From: Dicyema japonicum | Lineage: Eukaryota > Animalia > Dicyemida | Direction: 5' to 3' | NCBI GenBank assembly: GCA_011109175.1 | Contig: RDEW01000037.1 | Location: forward strand, 560,760 to 624,759 | DNA length: 64,000 nt | Shown: positions 49,159-63,039 of the stretch, in pieces | Layout of the letters: every line of letters begins with the position of its first letter | How positions within the stretch are numbered: position 1 is the stretch's first letter | Program-made: the position numbers and the translations under genes | The notes under the pieces: model-generated | What the model was told of the DNA's origin: nothing | Databases searched by the model: none | Seen by the model: the letters and a program-made list of their open reading frames with translations, nothing else

Positions 49159-52100
49159 CTTTAGATAATAAAGCATTTACTCCATCGAAGAATTTATTCC
49201 TCAGTAAGTATGTGAATGTGTAACCATATACTTCAGTCATTGGAGACACGTCGAGATCTTTGGAAGACTTCGTAACACATGGACAAAATCAAAAAAATAT
49301 TTGTCAAAACAGGAAATTTTCAAATGAAATTTATATAAGTTCAAGTACCCTCCAGCTGAAAAAAGATTTGTTCCTCTTTCAACTCTAACCTATTAATGTT
49401 GATGCATATGTTATCACCCCATTCATTATCCTGGGAATAACTGGAATAAATTCAGTAATTATTTTTATAAATATTAAGTTTGATAATTCAAGTAATGCTG
49501 AGTACAGAGCAAATGGAAGACAAAGATAATTGTTGGACTCCCAATTGAGAATTCACGTAATTCGTTTTTAAATAATTATTTGTTTTCGACTCCGAAAGGT
49601 CCACAATATTATGATTTTTTGTGGGTGATAAAGTATGCATAAACATTAATAAAAAAGACTTTGGAACAAATCTTTTGTTGTGTCTAGATAAGTTCCATCC
49701 ATCTCCAGGAATAATTAATATTTATCGAATAATCGAGTTGAGGTGGTTCTAGTATGTTAAATTAATATATAAAATTCCAAGGGGAAATATGGACTGTGGG
49801 AATGACAAGACTTAAGAATAGCTAAAATTATCATGGAACCTTCAACAGAAATGTACAGCAACGGGATTCTAACTAGGCCGCTTACCCGGCACTCGTTACA
49901 CTGCGTTATACGGCCAGCAATGGACTATAACTAGATAATTAAGACTAGAAGTGCAAGCGAGACGGGAGGGAATCTCGATAAAGATAAAGGACATCAAATC
50001 GCTAGAATGAAGCAAGAATATATGAGTATGGAGAGAATAAAGGAGGATTCGTCAGAGACGATGGAACTTTTAGACAAAGAAAGGAGAAAACGGAAAATGC
50101 GATAAAATTGATTAAAACGCAGGAAGAATATGACGGACTGTCTGAGAAGATTGCTTTAGAAGTTAATAATTTTAAGAATCAATCTGTAAAAGTGGGTTTA
50201 TATAACAGATCAAAAAAAACTCTAACAGTAAAATATCACAGAAAGACGACGAATTACTGAGAAAAGATAAATTTATCGAAAGAACAAAGAAACAAGTCGA
50301 GTTGTACAAGCAGGACTTAAAGAACATGAAACCAGTTTGTTTGGCTAACAAATTCAGTTGGACACTAGCACACCAGTTAGTAAAATTGGTTCGACTGTGT
50401 CACGCCAATCGAACAAAAGAAAGAATCCTATTTCTACGGAAAAAAGGACCACTAAGAAGAATAAGAGCGAGGACAGAGATATATTCCCATTATATGTTAG
50501 ATGGTGTGATTTATTGAAGGACGAGGACGAAGATGGATTAGATCTTCTGAATTTGGGACCGGCAAGTAATTTAAAAGTTGCAGTATAATAGTCGCTATAT
50601 TTAGAAAACTAATAAGCAGGTCACAAAGAATAAGAAATTTAAACTAAGACCAAGGGAAAAATATTTCTTTGACTAATCTAGTTTTGTTTATATTTTGTAA
50701 ATAAAGACATATTTATTATATATTTTTATTTTACTTATTATAAAAACAAGATAAAGCCGTGTGGTGCCATGTGTCTACTCGATTGAAGATTTATGATTTT
50801 TGTGTCTGTTACTCCTCTCTCCTTTCCCACTAGAGTGGCGTAATGTAATCAACCTGTATCTGGTAGCACGAAAAAAATCATTTGATATCCAACACTCAAT
50901 TGGAGGAGTTTCTAAAACTGCATGAATGTCTTCTACCTTTTATGCTGATTCTGTATGGATTTGTTTGACTTTGAAGGACTCTTTTTCTGTGATAGAAGAA
51001 ACTGGATACACTTAATTAACTGTTTACTTTTTTCTCAGTGTATCTGGAGTTAATAATAATAGAAAAAAACTAAAGTAATTATTTTATCCTACTAACTTGT
51101 TAAGTTGGCCCTCACGATCGCTATAGAGAGTACCTGAATATGCGGAGGTCATAATTTATTATATTAGTTTGTTGAACGAAATAGAAAATATAATGAAGTT
51201 TTTTATGGGGAATCATGGACGTGGGAAAAAAACTTATCTGGAACTATACTAAGCTATTTGTACGTCGAAAATAATCTTTTCTCATGTGTAATACTGCATT
51301 CATGTATCCTGCCTGTCACAAAACTACATTGAAGGGAAAGTGGAGAAATTCAGGTGGGAAGCTGGTTTTTATATAGAACTAGATTGACTATGTTATGTGC
51401 CGGATTAAACACAAACACTCTCAAACTCAAGTTCGTAATAGGTTCGACAACCGTTAGTGACCACAGGATGGTAATTGCCTAACAAAACATACTATCCAGG
51501 ACATCAAAAAACTACCAAGAATACATTGAGACTCATCTACTGGATGTATCGACGAACGTCTCAGTAAGAGATTCCTGACCTTTATTATCGAAGCATCGAA
51601 GCATCTGGTACGAAGCATCGAAGCATCTGGTGACTTGGCACAAGAGAGAAGTGTAAGACTTACATGATGTCGCTTTACCTAGAGGTCGCTGAGCTAGCGA
51701 GGAACATTAAAGATATATGCAAGAAAAAATCAACTGATGATAGTATGAGAAAATCCTCTAAGGTGAGACAGCATATTATAGCGAATATAAATAAACTGAA
51801 CAAGAAACAAGTTCCAGATAAATTATTATCTCATTAAATGAAGTAATCAAGATAATACATAAATGTACACAGCAATACGAGTGTTTCGATAAACTGAAAA
51901 GATATTAAGGATGGAATGGGAAATTAATATTGAACCCAGAAGAACAAGTCAATCTTATTGCAGACCATTTCACGAAGATGTTTAATGTGAATGCTACATC
52001 AATTTCTCCTTTTGATGGATTGCCAATAAACTAAAAACTATAGGAGTCCTGGTGTGAGGGCATCATCGCCTGTATGATAAAACTACAACCCTATTAAATG

Positions 52101-55100
52101 ACATGTCTACCACCTGCTCTACTCTATCTATAGGGATCAGATTATTAATTCCAATACAGTAAATTATTACAGCTAAAGGACCACTTGAAAATTTACGCTA
52201 CTAAACTCCTTACGTAAAGTACTTGAAAATATTGTGATGGAACGAATAAAAGGACTACATGAAAGTCAAAGTGGATTTTGAGAAGAGAGATCAACAGCCG
52301 ATGCGATTTTGAATCACGGATGGAGGCGTGCAACGCATCAAAGATAGAATAACGCCACTAACATTCTGGGGATAGAGTTATCTTTTGACACGGTCATTGG
52401 CATAAATTAATGGGGTACTGGAACAATATCTCGATGAGTCAAGCCTGAGACTGATAAGAATTCTACTATCCAGTACTGAGCTCTTTGTGAAAGTCGGAAA
52501 GACCTACTCAAGATAGTTAACACAAATACATGCACCCCTCAAGGAGACTCTCAATTACTATTTGGAAGGATTTATGAGGGAACTCAGATTAATCTATTTA
52601 GACATTTCGACTTAATTTCCGAAGACGGAGCGCATTCTTGGGACATAAAAACTCAGTCCCCTATGAAAAAGTGAGGATATTATACGAAGAAAAACCCTAG
52701 CAAATGCGGTTATGCATAATAATCTATGGATTAAACGAAAAGTGATCAGCATCAAAATATGGATACAGCTATACAATTCGCTTATAAAACCTATTCTGCT
52801 ATACAACACTGGGACCTGGGCTACTTCAAATGAGGAAGTGAGACAGGAGCCGGTGAGAAAAATAACAAGGTGGACTAGAATCTCATGTAAATGAATATAA
52901 AAAAATGCGGATCTAAGCCAACAAGCCTGGAGGTAATTGAATTTCGCTGAAGACTATTTGGCCACATTCTGAGGATGGATTGGCATCCCCATCGAACAGA
53001 GCTATGGAAAATTACTATTTTGTCAATAGAGTCGTTTCCGTGAAAGGCCTAGAGTAACAGTGTCTTTTGTCCTTCAAAAGGAGCTGAAAAGGGTTAAAAA
53101 CTACTCGAATCCGCCGACGACTTTGACTTATTGAGAACCCTAGCAAACAACAAGTGAGCTTGTTTGGTTTGCGTACCGATATGGTGAATTATTTTTCCCC
53201 ATTATTTCCCCTATTGTTCACGTTATGATGGATGACTTGCCACTCCCTCAGGGGGACGATGACTTACTATTAACGTATGCTGATGATATAGTCATTGCAT
53301 CGAGGGATGTGAGTATTGTGGAAGCAACGAGAAAAATACAGGACAATATGAATTATGGCTTTGGGGAAATCAATTGACTGCTAGCCCGAAGAAGTCAGTG
53401 TCGACCTTATTTACGACAAACAGAAGACTAGGGAAAGTATCAATTGACGTCAAATTGGATGGGAAGATTATCCCCAAAAATACCAGAAAATCATGGGAGT
53501 CACCTTTGACACCTTAACCTTTACAAAACATGTCGAAAATATGTTATTGATTTGTACGAGGAAAATCAACTTCTGAAAGCGTTCTTGGGAGACCAAAGAG
53601 ACATAAAAGATCTGAGTGGTCTGGATGTCATATACAAACAGTTCATCGAGGCTACAATAGGATACGCATGTAATATCTGGGGATCTAACCTTTCTTCAAG
53701 GAATTTGGACAAGACATCCAACATTTAAGTGAAGGCAGCAAACCTACTAAGGAAATATTCCGAGTGGAAATCTTGCCTAGAAACCTAGAAAATATGATAG
53801 AGGCGAGTGGAACAGTGCTCCTGCGTAGGAATCGGGTATGCGGACCCCGTCCATTTCGAAAATGCGCAGGAACTCAGTCGGAACACCGAGAAAAGATACG
53901 AAGACTGCTAAGGGAGGCTGGGATCACCTGAATTTGGTTTTTTGGATATGAAGGTTGTTTTTTGGTTTAATAAAATAAAATTATTTTTCCATAATTCGGG
54001 AACGACATTCGTAACCGACTTGATATGTCTGCTGAAAATTATCTTCCTCCTTATTTACCTTGGACAAATAACCGTGTATACATTTATCAACCAGACAAAA
54101 TTACCTTCCACGAAAAAACTGAAAATCTTGGGATCACCTTCAACACACACATGCCCTTTTCATCTCATGTAGACGGCATCCTCGGAAGCTGCTCAAGAAA
54201 GCTAGGGATAATCAAATCTATTTTTGGTGGCACTAAAACCCCTTTTCCAGCATTGAAGTTATTGTACAACAATTCATTGAGCCATCTGTCAGCTATGCCT
54301 GTGTGTCATGGGAATCAATCTGTCCTGGACGAACAAACATAAAATCAGCGACATTCAGTCCTTAATAGCCACTAATATTAGTATTTTTGGGAACTAAAAA
54401 ATTAATCCACCCATCACTTGAATACCTTATCCGACAAAATGGAAAGGGATTTGTTTCCCTGTGCATGAACTACAACTACCAAATTACACAGCCATGACGT
54501 GTCTTATGAAAAAGATATACATCACCCCGCTCCAATTTCTATTCCCAAATCATCCCACAGGGAAGCCGCGTTGGATCCAAAAGGCGTACAAGAGAGGATG
54601 AGAAATCAGATTGAGCGATATTTTGTTGGCTTCGCGAGATCAGGACATTTAGAAGGCCACAGAAAGATTACAAATTAACCTGGATAGGCTTAATGCCTGA
54701 ATACCTTTGACAAAAGATTGGGAAGGAACACAGTCACTTTGAAGTTTAAACAAGGTCGACATCCATTTCAATAGATGTCAAAGGATCTTGGGTGTGACAA
54801 ATGATATGCATCTCTGTTTGACACAACACGTAGAAAACATTCTATTGAAATGCGAGAAGAAACTGAACGTATTGAAAAGTTTATCGAAAATATGGAAAAG
54901 TGGTACTCACCCAGTCTTGATGAACGTGAAGAAACAGTACATCGAGCCATATTTCTCATATGCATGCGCCTCTTGGGGACCATCCATGTCTTGGACAAAT
55001 ATGAGGAAAATTGAGGTACTGCAAAAGACGGTTTACGGAGTAACGGAACGTTAGATTTGTGATCATCGAACCGGACCTACGCCTCTGCAGGCCCTTATGA

Positions 55101-56324
55101 GACTAGACTCCAGATCACGGGAAGGTGGACCTGAAAATTCAGGAAGCCGTCCTGTACGTTCATGCGCGGACACGAAGGAAGAACACCGGGCAAAGATGAG
55201 GTCTCTGTTAGAATGCATCGGGATCACGTGATAATTAATTTGTTTTTACCGTTGTTTTGGGTTAAATAAAAAAAGCTAATAATTTACAAGGTGAGGGATT
55301 ATCGATTATCACCATATATGTGTAGCTGCTCACAGATGATTCCTCGTACTCTTCCAATTTTTGGCCGCACAAGATTATTAAGAGCATCCGACGCTCACTT
55401 CCTTTGTTTAGAACTTAAGGTTTCCGATTTCTCCTGAGTCGATTGCTTCGTCCATGCTCACGAGAATGAAAACATGGGGTTTCATCCGTCATGAAGGGAT
55501 GTTGATATCTCGTGCGATAGAGGTACGCCACCTCAGTCCTCCGACCAATTAACCAATTGGTTTAAATAACTTTAACCCCTGGTTAAGTTAAAGAAACAAA
55601 CAAACGATAAAACCACGTGACATATCCTTCCAAATCTCATGTTTTTAGCAATAATATTAAAAAATTATTTAAAGGGATTGAATAGAAAAAATATAATGTA
55701 AGTGGAAGATTCTCGCGAACGATGCTTGGTATTAAAATCCTAGCCACCCAGCTATGGCTGTGGCCCTCTAACTTTAATTTTTTGTTTTAGCTGATAAACG
55801 TACCAAATATAATAATATTATGTGACCTATTGAATATAATCTGAATATTAATGCAAAATATAAAAGATGACTAATAATCAGTTTTAATTATTTTAAAGGT
55901 CTCATAGTTTCAAGCTTGAGACTAGGTAGTCTGTCATTCTAGATAAATGGTGGAGATGGAAAACGTCCTGATGAAATGACCATATTTCCGTTTGGTGCTG
56001 GGAAGTCCCTAGACTGGACGTTATGTGTAGGAAAATTTTACTTCTAACATCTTCCCTCATAGTACTAACAATGCCTGTTCAATCGCTGGAAAGGCCGAGA
56101 CATTGAAGCGTCTGACCGGTGAGTTTCCCCGGATGGTCTCTGATCTCTTCAATTAGGGTCTCTTAGAGAGCTTTACTAATAACAATCTAACAACATCCAC
56201 TTTTGTTTCAGGGAAATTAGTGACATCAGCATCCACAAATGCAAATATCCAAAAATAATTATTCCATTTTATCAACCAAAAATTAAATTTAAGTGAAGCA
56301 AATAACAGAAATCAATATTTAAAA

Positions 56325-56800
56325 CTAATTCTGATTGTGTAGTGAGTTAGAATTAAACTCATCATATGGGAATTGGGGGTAACCTGAAAACGGTGGTTGT
56401 AGCATAGTGTCCTGCCCAAGGAATGGAATCGTGAAGGAATCCAGGTCTGTTGGGTAATTAAAGTGGGATTCGTTAAAGTACGGCATATCTGTGAACAAAC
56501 TAGGTACTTCAAGGTGAGGATCAGCAAAACTTGGAGGATTTGTGCAGTCGAAGTAGATAGGATAGAAGATACTAAAGTTCCCATAAATCACTTACTCCCA
56601 CCATTGTTTAAGAAAGCCAGGAGACTCTCCAATCTGTACTGGTCCTTCGTATTTAATCTAAATTTAATCAAATCTGTACCTCTTTTATAAAATTCTCGGC
56701 TATTTCGCCCGCTCCAATATGGTGGAGGTACTCGTAGACGTGAGCTGGGAGTCTTCAACTTTACGATTTAACAGTACCTGTCCTTTTCTTGCAATACCAT
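56325..56800 (-). CDS. Ssdp: Miniature SSDP/SSBP-like LUFS protein, ~134 aa, copy 3
   Basis: Exons 56800-56778, 56752-56680, 56657-56596 and 56571-56325. Frame intact, with a V>I difference from copy 2 in exon 3. Confidence 0.92.
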
Positions 56801-59800
56801 TTTAGTTTTAATGTTTTCACATTTTATTCCTATTTCGGTTCGAAGTGAAATTTATAAAAAAAATAATATTTTATTAATATATAATTAATTTAAATCCTTT
56901 TAGATTTTATACCGACCCTTGGCGCTATGTGGTGCTACGTGACTAATTGATTGAAGTTTTCTGTTTGTTTTGTCTGTTCCTCCTCTTTCCCTTACCTACT
57001 AGAGTGGCGTCATGTGATCAGTGCCATATTGGCACAAAAAAGGATCATTTGCTCTCCCCAACTCCATTGGAGGGGTTTCCACAACTGCAAGTAATGGACG
57101 TCTTTTACCTTTTATGATGGTTCGATGTAGACTCTCTTTCTGTAGCAGCAAAAACTGGGTACACTTAACTAGTTGTTTATTTGTAACTTACTTCTCGGTG
57201 TATCCGGGCGAACAAAACACAAGACTGTGTGCTTTTTTTATGGGAGGAACCAACATCCCTAGTTGTCCCACACATAGTCCGAACAAGGAAGTAGAAGTGC
57301 TCTGTCTCGAGATAACTGTTCGTTTCATGTTAATTTAAGTTGGAACCTGCGAAGTTTTCAAGGCACTTTCTTCGAGTTGACCGCTAAACCAACTCTCGTC
57401 GCCTACAATATTTGTTGTGCAAGCATCCCCTACGGCCTTACAACCTACGCCCAGTCTCTCCCTTAGCCGGAGTGCGTCCCCTGATAGCATCAAAAGATGA
57501 AGTACTCCTCCCAATACGGACTTTTGCCCTAGTATCAGAGCAGGGCTCAACGGAATCAGACCGGACCATCTGAAAGACTTAACTTCTTTGTCTCTATGAG
57601 ATTCAGGACTTCGTTTCACGAATTTAACTACCTCATTTATGAACCCTAAGTTGTCAACCATTTTTTGCTTTCCTCAAACTTGACACCCTGCGATTAGAAT
57701 GACGGCGGTGTACGACCAGTTGCGGTCGGGTTTGACTTCAGAAGGCTGACTGCCAAGATTGCCTACCAATATTCTATAACTGATTCATTTTCAAGAAACT
57801 ATTATGTAAAAGATCGTACCCCTTGAGTTAGGATGTCTGGCACACTGTTCATCTCAGGCGAGTTTCTACCTGGGCAACGAGAATACAGAGAATGCACAAG
57901 TAGGGAAGAACATCTACTAAGATGAGGAGACTACTGAGAGGCCATATTGCCTATTAGCCTCGTCCCCTTTTAATTAAATGGTGGTGAATTTTGTTCTTGA
58001 GTCTGCCCCAGTTTTTAAGTATTATCTAACTTTATGTACGTGCTATCCCAAAATAGATGACAGTGATTATTGGTATCAAAGCAATGTTAGAGTCGATCCA
58101 CCATGGGTCGATTTCCAAGAAGGGGCCAAGAATCAGTAATTAGATAGCAGTGTTTTATCATCAACTTGATTATTGTAAGCCTTGGTTAGAAAATATCGAT
58201 AATTCAATTTGCATAATTATTCAAAAATAACTGAAGGGTGAATCAAATCAAAGTAACACTAAATTAGTGAATCTTGGTTGAGGTGTGGCGTGTCTCTTGC
58301 ACAAGATGTCTTCTTCATGCATTCAATCTTCCCTGTTCACTATTGGATGATCTGATGGCGTATGCGAGAAACAGGGAAGGATGGAAATGACTTACAGCGC
58401 GTGTTCAGAGATGCATGGCAAAAGTGGAATCTCAAATTAGATAACTTTTCTGTTTCATTGCTATTAATAATAAATTAGTGAATTTTCTCTCAAAGTATCA
58501 TCTTATAATTGCTTTTGGTTGAATGGTTGACACTTTTCTAGTCTTTAACGTACTCTCAGTTTGTCTACTATACAGTTGGATGTTAGAAACTAGTAGAAAG
58601 GATAGTTGGGAGAGGATAAACCGAAACCCTAAGTATTCGTATGTTCATGGGAAACGTGAGAGTGCTTTTAACTAGAGGAGAGTTCTAGCTCGTATTTGAC
58701 TTTTTGCTGTGTAATTTATTGTACCTTCGACTTGCATTTTCAGTTTGGCGTTATGGTATCGTTCTCCAAGATCATCTTCATCTCCATTTTCCTAATTTGA
58801 ACTCCCGAAACTGCCAATGTGCTCAGTTGCTCGTTTTCTTAAATTCTTCAATTTCTTTGTTTAATGTCTGAAATTCTTTTCTGACAGATTCTTTGCCTTT
58901 TCTCCACATTGATTTGATTGACAGGTACATTATTCAGTTTTATTATGCATTCAATATTTTAATTTCGAAAGCCAATTTTCAATACTTTACATTAGTCGCG
59001 AGCCCAAGTCGACACCGAGCCGAGGATGATACTTTGACAGCTTTCAGCATAACTGTCATTCGAACTAAAACTTAATCAATAACTTTATTTTATTTTTACA
59101 TATAAAGATTATGACCTAATGGCCTATAGCAGGATTTTTGTCAAAGATAATGAAGAGTACCGACTTCTAAAATCAATCCTTGAAGATCAAAACGTAAATA
59201 CTTTTAAAGTTAAAAACTACTGCTTAAAAAAACGAAAATTTTATTATTATTGACGGAAAGCTTTATCTCAAAGTTGTTGACTTTGAGGAATTGAAAGATA
59301 CATTATTCGTAAGTGATAAATTACTACAATGTTTGCCACTACGCAGTGCCACTGAACAATATGACGATTTGAGTCGTATTGTTGCAGATTTATCTAATTA
59401 GAGATTTCTAGTTGATCTGATTGATCCTAAAGCTATAGGTTAGGTTATTTTTGTAGATTTGAAAATCAAAATGATCAGTTTTCTTGGTCGTTGTCAGTTA
59501 TAGACGTCTATTAAGAATATTGATTTACGAGAAACCTAGAAAATAATCGTGGAATTCAGGTGGCCAACAAATTAGAAGAATAAACCTCTCACTCATCCAC
59601 AAATAAATTGCTGCTTTTATTTTTAGGTGTTTGTCCGTTTCAGAAATATAGAGGGATTCCGGGGTTCAATACTATCGTGGAAAATACTATTGAAGTAACG
59701 GAGGCAGACGGTCAAGACAACCCCTAAACATTTACTAAGGGTTTTTTGCCTTTAATTTTACAAAAGATGATTTCAAATTTAATTTTCCAAGGGTCGATCT

Positions 59801-60853
59801 GAATCTCCTTATTATTAAAGAATGAATAGGAAGATGGGAGTGCAGAATGAATGGGAAGAATGTCCGTACCATTAACTTCTTAAAGAATTCTGTGACGTTT
59901 TACCGAGAGCGTTTATACTACAAAAACAGTGATTCCATATCAGGATTAGGTCGTGGAGAGAAATAGACTCCACTGTGAGACGCTGTGTAGACGTTATGGA
60001 TCGCAAATCCTTAATGAGAAGATTCTTGCTATACGAAATAAATTGATGCTTTATTCGAAGGAGGATTGAGGAGGAAAAGGTGGAAAAGGAATTTTAACTT
60101 TCAGAACTTTCCACAAAAACATTATGCATAGAGAGACTGAATCTGACATATTGTGCTGGAAAACGTGGTAGAGGATTTTTTACGCAAAAAGCATCAACTG
60201 TTCTCCACCACCTGTTGAACCTTGTGAACACCTACCGGACATAATTTCAGGAACTTGATCACAGATATGTCATAAGTAGGACTGACAAATTGAACAGGAT
60301 ACATTCCTCCATGACAGAATGCAGATATGATGAGCTGGAGTTGTTCATATAAAAATAAAATTTATAAGAGGGACTTATAAACCTCTTTAAGGCTCTCATA
60401 GATAGAACTATAACCTTAACCACTTTAGTTGACAAATCTCAGTCCTTAAATATACAAATTTCTAGTTGAGTCAGTCTCACTCTTAAACGATTGTTGTATT
60501 TCTCTCAGAATAACTTTCTTACTACAAAGCTAATATTTTAAGACTCCACGTGTCTGGTCAGTATTAAAAGACTTTCTGTTTCTTTGTGTCTGAGACTGTT
60601 CTCTGGTGCTGTTCTTAGTGACTTGTTAACTAGTAGAGCTGATGATTAGGGGGTCAAGAATTTCCTTGTATTCTTTCTGTCCTGATAAAAAATTAAAGGC
60701 TTAGATGAGTTTTTCTGTGATTCATATAAGGGACCACGTGATACATTTAATCAATGAACACTCCATTCGGGAATTTTAACAAAATGATTTAAATCGTTCC
60801 TTATGGGGATGGCATTGTTAAAAAAAGTTGTCTTAGCAGCGATGACTTTAGAT

Positions 60854-63039
60854 CAGGGATTCTCAACGGCGCCCCAGCGGGCCGCATGCGGCCCCCACGA
60901 TTTTGGTGCGGACGCTTAAAATTATTAAAAAAATATTACATATTTTACATAATACAGCCGGATTTTAACTGTGCTTTTTCTTTCTGTTTGTTTCGTACAA
61001 TAAACTTTTTATGGTTAAAAAATTTTTACATATTTTAACTATTGTTTTTAAATTAAATATTTTTTGTATTAACTTTTAATTAATATTGCTTGTGATGTCT
61101 GGAAAACGTGTTAAAAGAAGTAGAAAAATTATTCAAGAAAATCGTGCAATTAACCCCGAATGGGAGGAACAATTTATCGTTTTTAAAGAAAATGGCAAAG
61201 CACATTGCCTGATTTGTCATTTTGTTATTCGATGTCTTAAGTTATATTATGTCGAGAGGCATTATATGAAACATTCTTCAGAATATGATTCATTTCGAGG
61301 TGAATCAAGAAAAATCAAATTTCTATCTATGAAATCAAATCGCAAACTACAAACCACTTTGTTTAAACAGCCCATGCCATCAAGATCCGCTACAATAGCT
61401 TTTTCAAAATTTGTCATCTACTTGCAAAAAATATGAAGCCGTATTCAGATGGAGAATTTATTAAGCAAGCTATCCTTATATTTACTGAAAAATGTTGTTT
61501 TTCAGAAATTAAAAAAAATGTTATAAACTTACAGCTAAGCAACGATACAGTTACTCGGAGAATTGAGAGAATATCTGACGATATTCAATGCCAGCTACTC
61601 ACTGAATCCTACTTTTTCGTACACTATTCTATTGCTCTTGACATCACTAAAGATATTAGTGATACAAACAATTGGCTGTGTTTATTCGAGATGTCATGCC
61701 TGACTTCAAAATTTATGAAGATTTTCTCACGCTACGTAACTTTCATGCTTCTACTAAAGGAGCTGATATATTCCGTGAATTTCGTGATTGCCTTGAAAAG
61801 GCACATTTGGATCTTTCAAAAATGTTTTCAATTGCCACAGATGGATGTCCTTTTATGGTTGGATGGAAAACGGGTTTCAAGGTCTCGTAGCTGGATGGCG
61901 AGTAGATGATGATGAGTTGAGTCCTGTGATTTGGCACACTGCATACTACATCAAGAAAATTTAGCTGTAAAATCTATGAAAATGGACCATGTAACAGAAA
62001 CGGTCATTTCAATCGTAAATTTTATTCGCTCTCGTGCTTTAAATCACCGCAATTTTAGGTAATTTCTCGAGGATGTTGATGCTGAGTATAGAGATTTGCT
62101 CATGCATACAACCGTACGATGGTTGAGTCGGGCAGCATGTCTGAAAAGGTTGTATAAATTTTAAATAAATCGCATTTAGATTTTATGACCTTCTCCCGGA
62201 GATTATAAATTTTATTGACAATAAGATATTCTATCTTTAGCTTACTGATAAGGAGTGGATTGCGGATTTAGCATTTATGGTTGATATTTTTACACACCTT
62301 TCGATTTTGAATACTTCTCTGCAGGGTAAGAACAAACTATGTCATGAATTATACGGACTGTTTCTGCATTTATCGAAAAACTACACCTTTTCAAAATACA
62401 AATTGCAAGTAGAGTTACCATTCATTTTCCAATACTTTCAAACCACAGGGTAGATGGATCATATGAAAAATATACCTCTGTTATTAGTGACTTAATCGAT
62501 GAATTCGAAACACGTTTTAATGATTTTAAAGAAGCTCTACCTATTATGAAAATATTTTCGTCACCTATGGAAACAGATGCTGCAACCGCTCCATATGTAT
62601 ATCATTGGAGCTAATTGAAATGCAGGCAGATTTACAACTTACCGCGCTATTTAAGTCAAGTGAACTATTGGATTTTTAAAGTCGAATTCCACAATGGAAA
62701 TATCCAAACTTGGTCGATAATGCTCAAAAAAATGCATCAGTCTTCGATCAACGTATGCATGTGAAGCTCTTTTCAGTAAACTTACGCGAATAAAAAGTAA
62801 GTATCGAAATCGATTGACTGATGAACACCTAATTCAACTTTTACGTACATCGTCTTCGAACTTTACTCCTCGTTTCGATAAAATAGTAGACGCCAAGCAA
62901 AATCAAGTCTCACATTGATTCTCTTATTACGTAGTAAAGCCTTTTTTCTTTAATCAAATAAAATATTTTTTTGTGCGGCCCGCAAAGATACTCTTAATTA
63001 TCGTTTTGGCCCTTGAGCTAAAAAGGTTGAGAACCCCTG
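60854..63039 (+). mobile_element. Buster hAT, copy 3
   Basis: Same TIRs, TSD and flanks as copy 1. Intron at 62149-62179. Confidence 0.97.

Larger units (their letters stand above)
36958..50786 (+). repeat. Tandem segmental repeat, unit 2 (~13.8 kb)
   Basis: Colinear with units 1 and 3. Confidence 0.95.
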
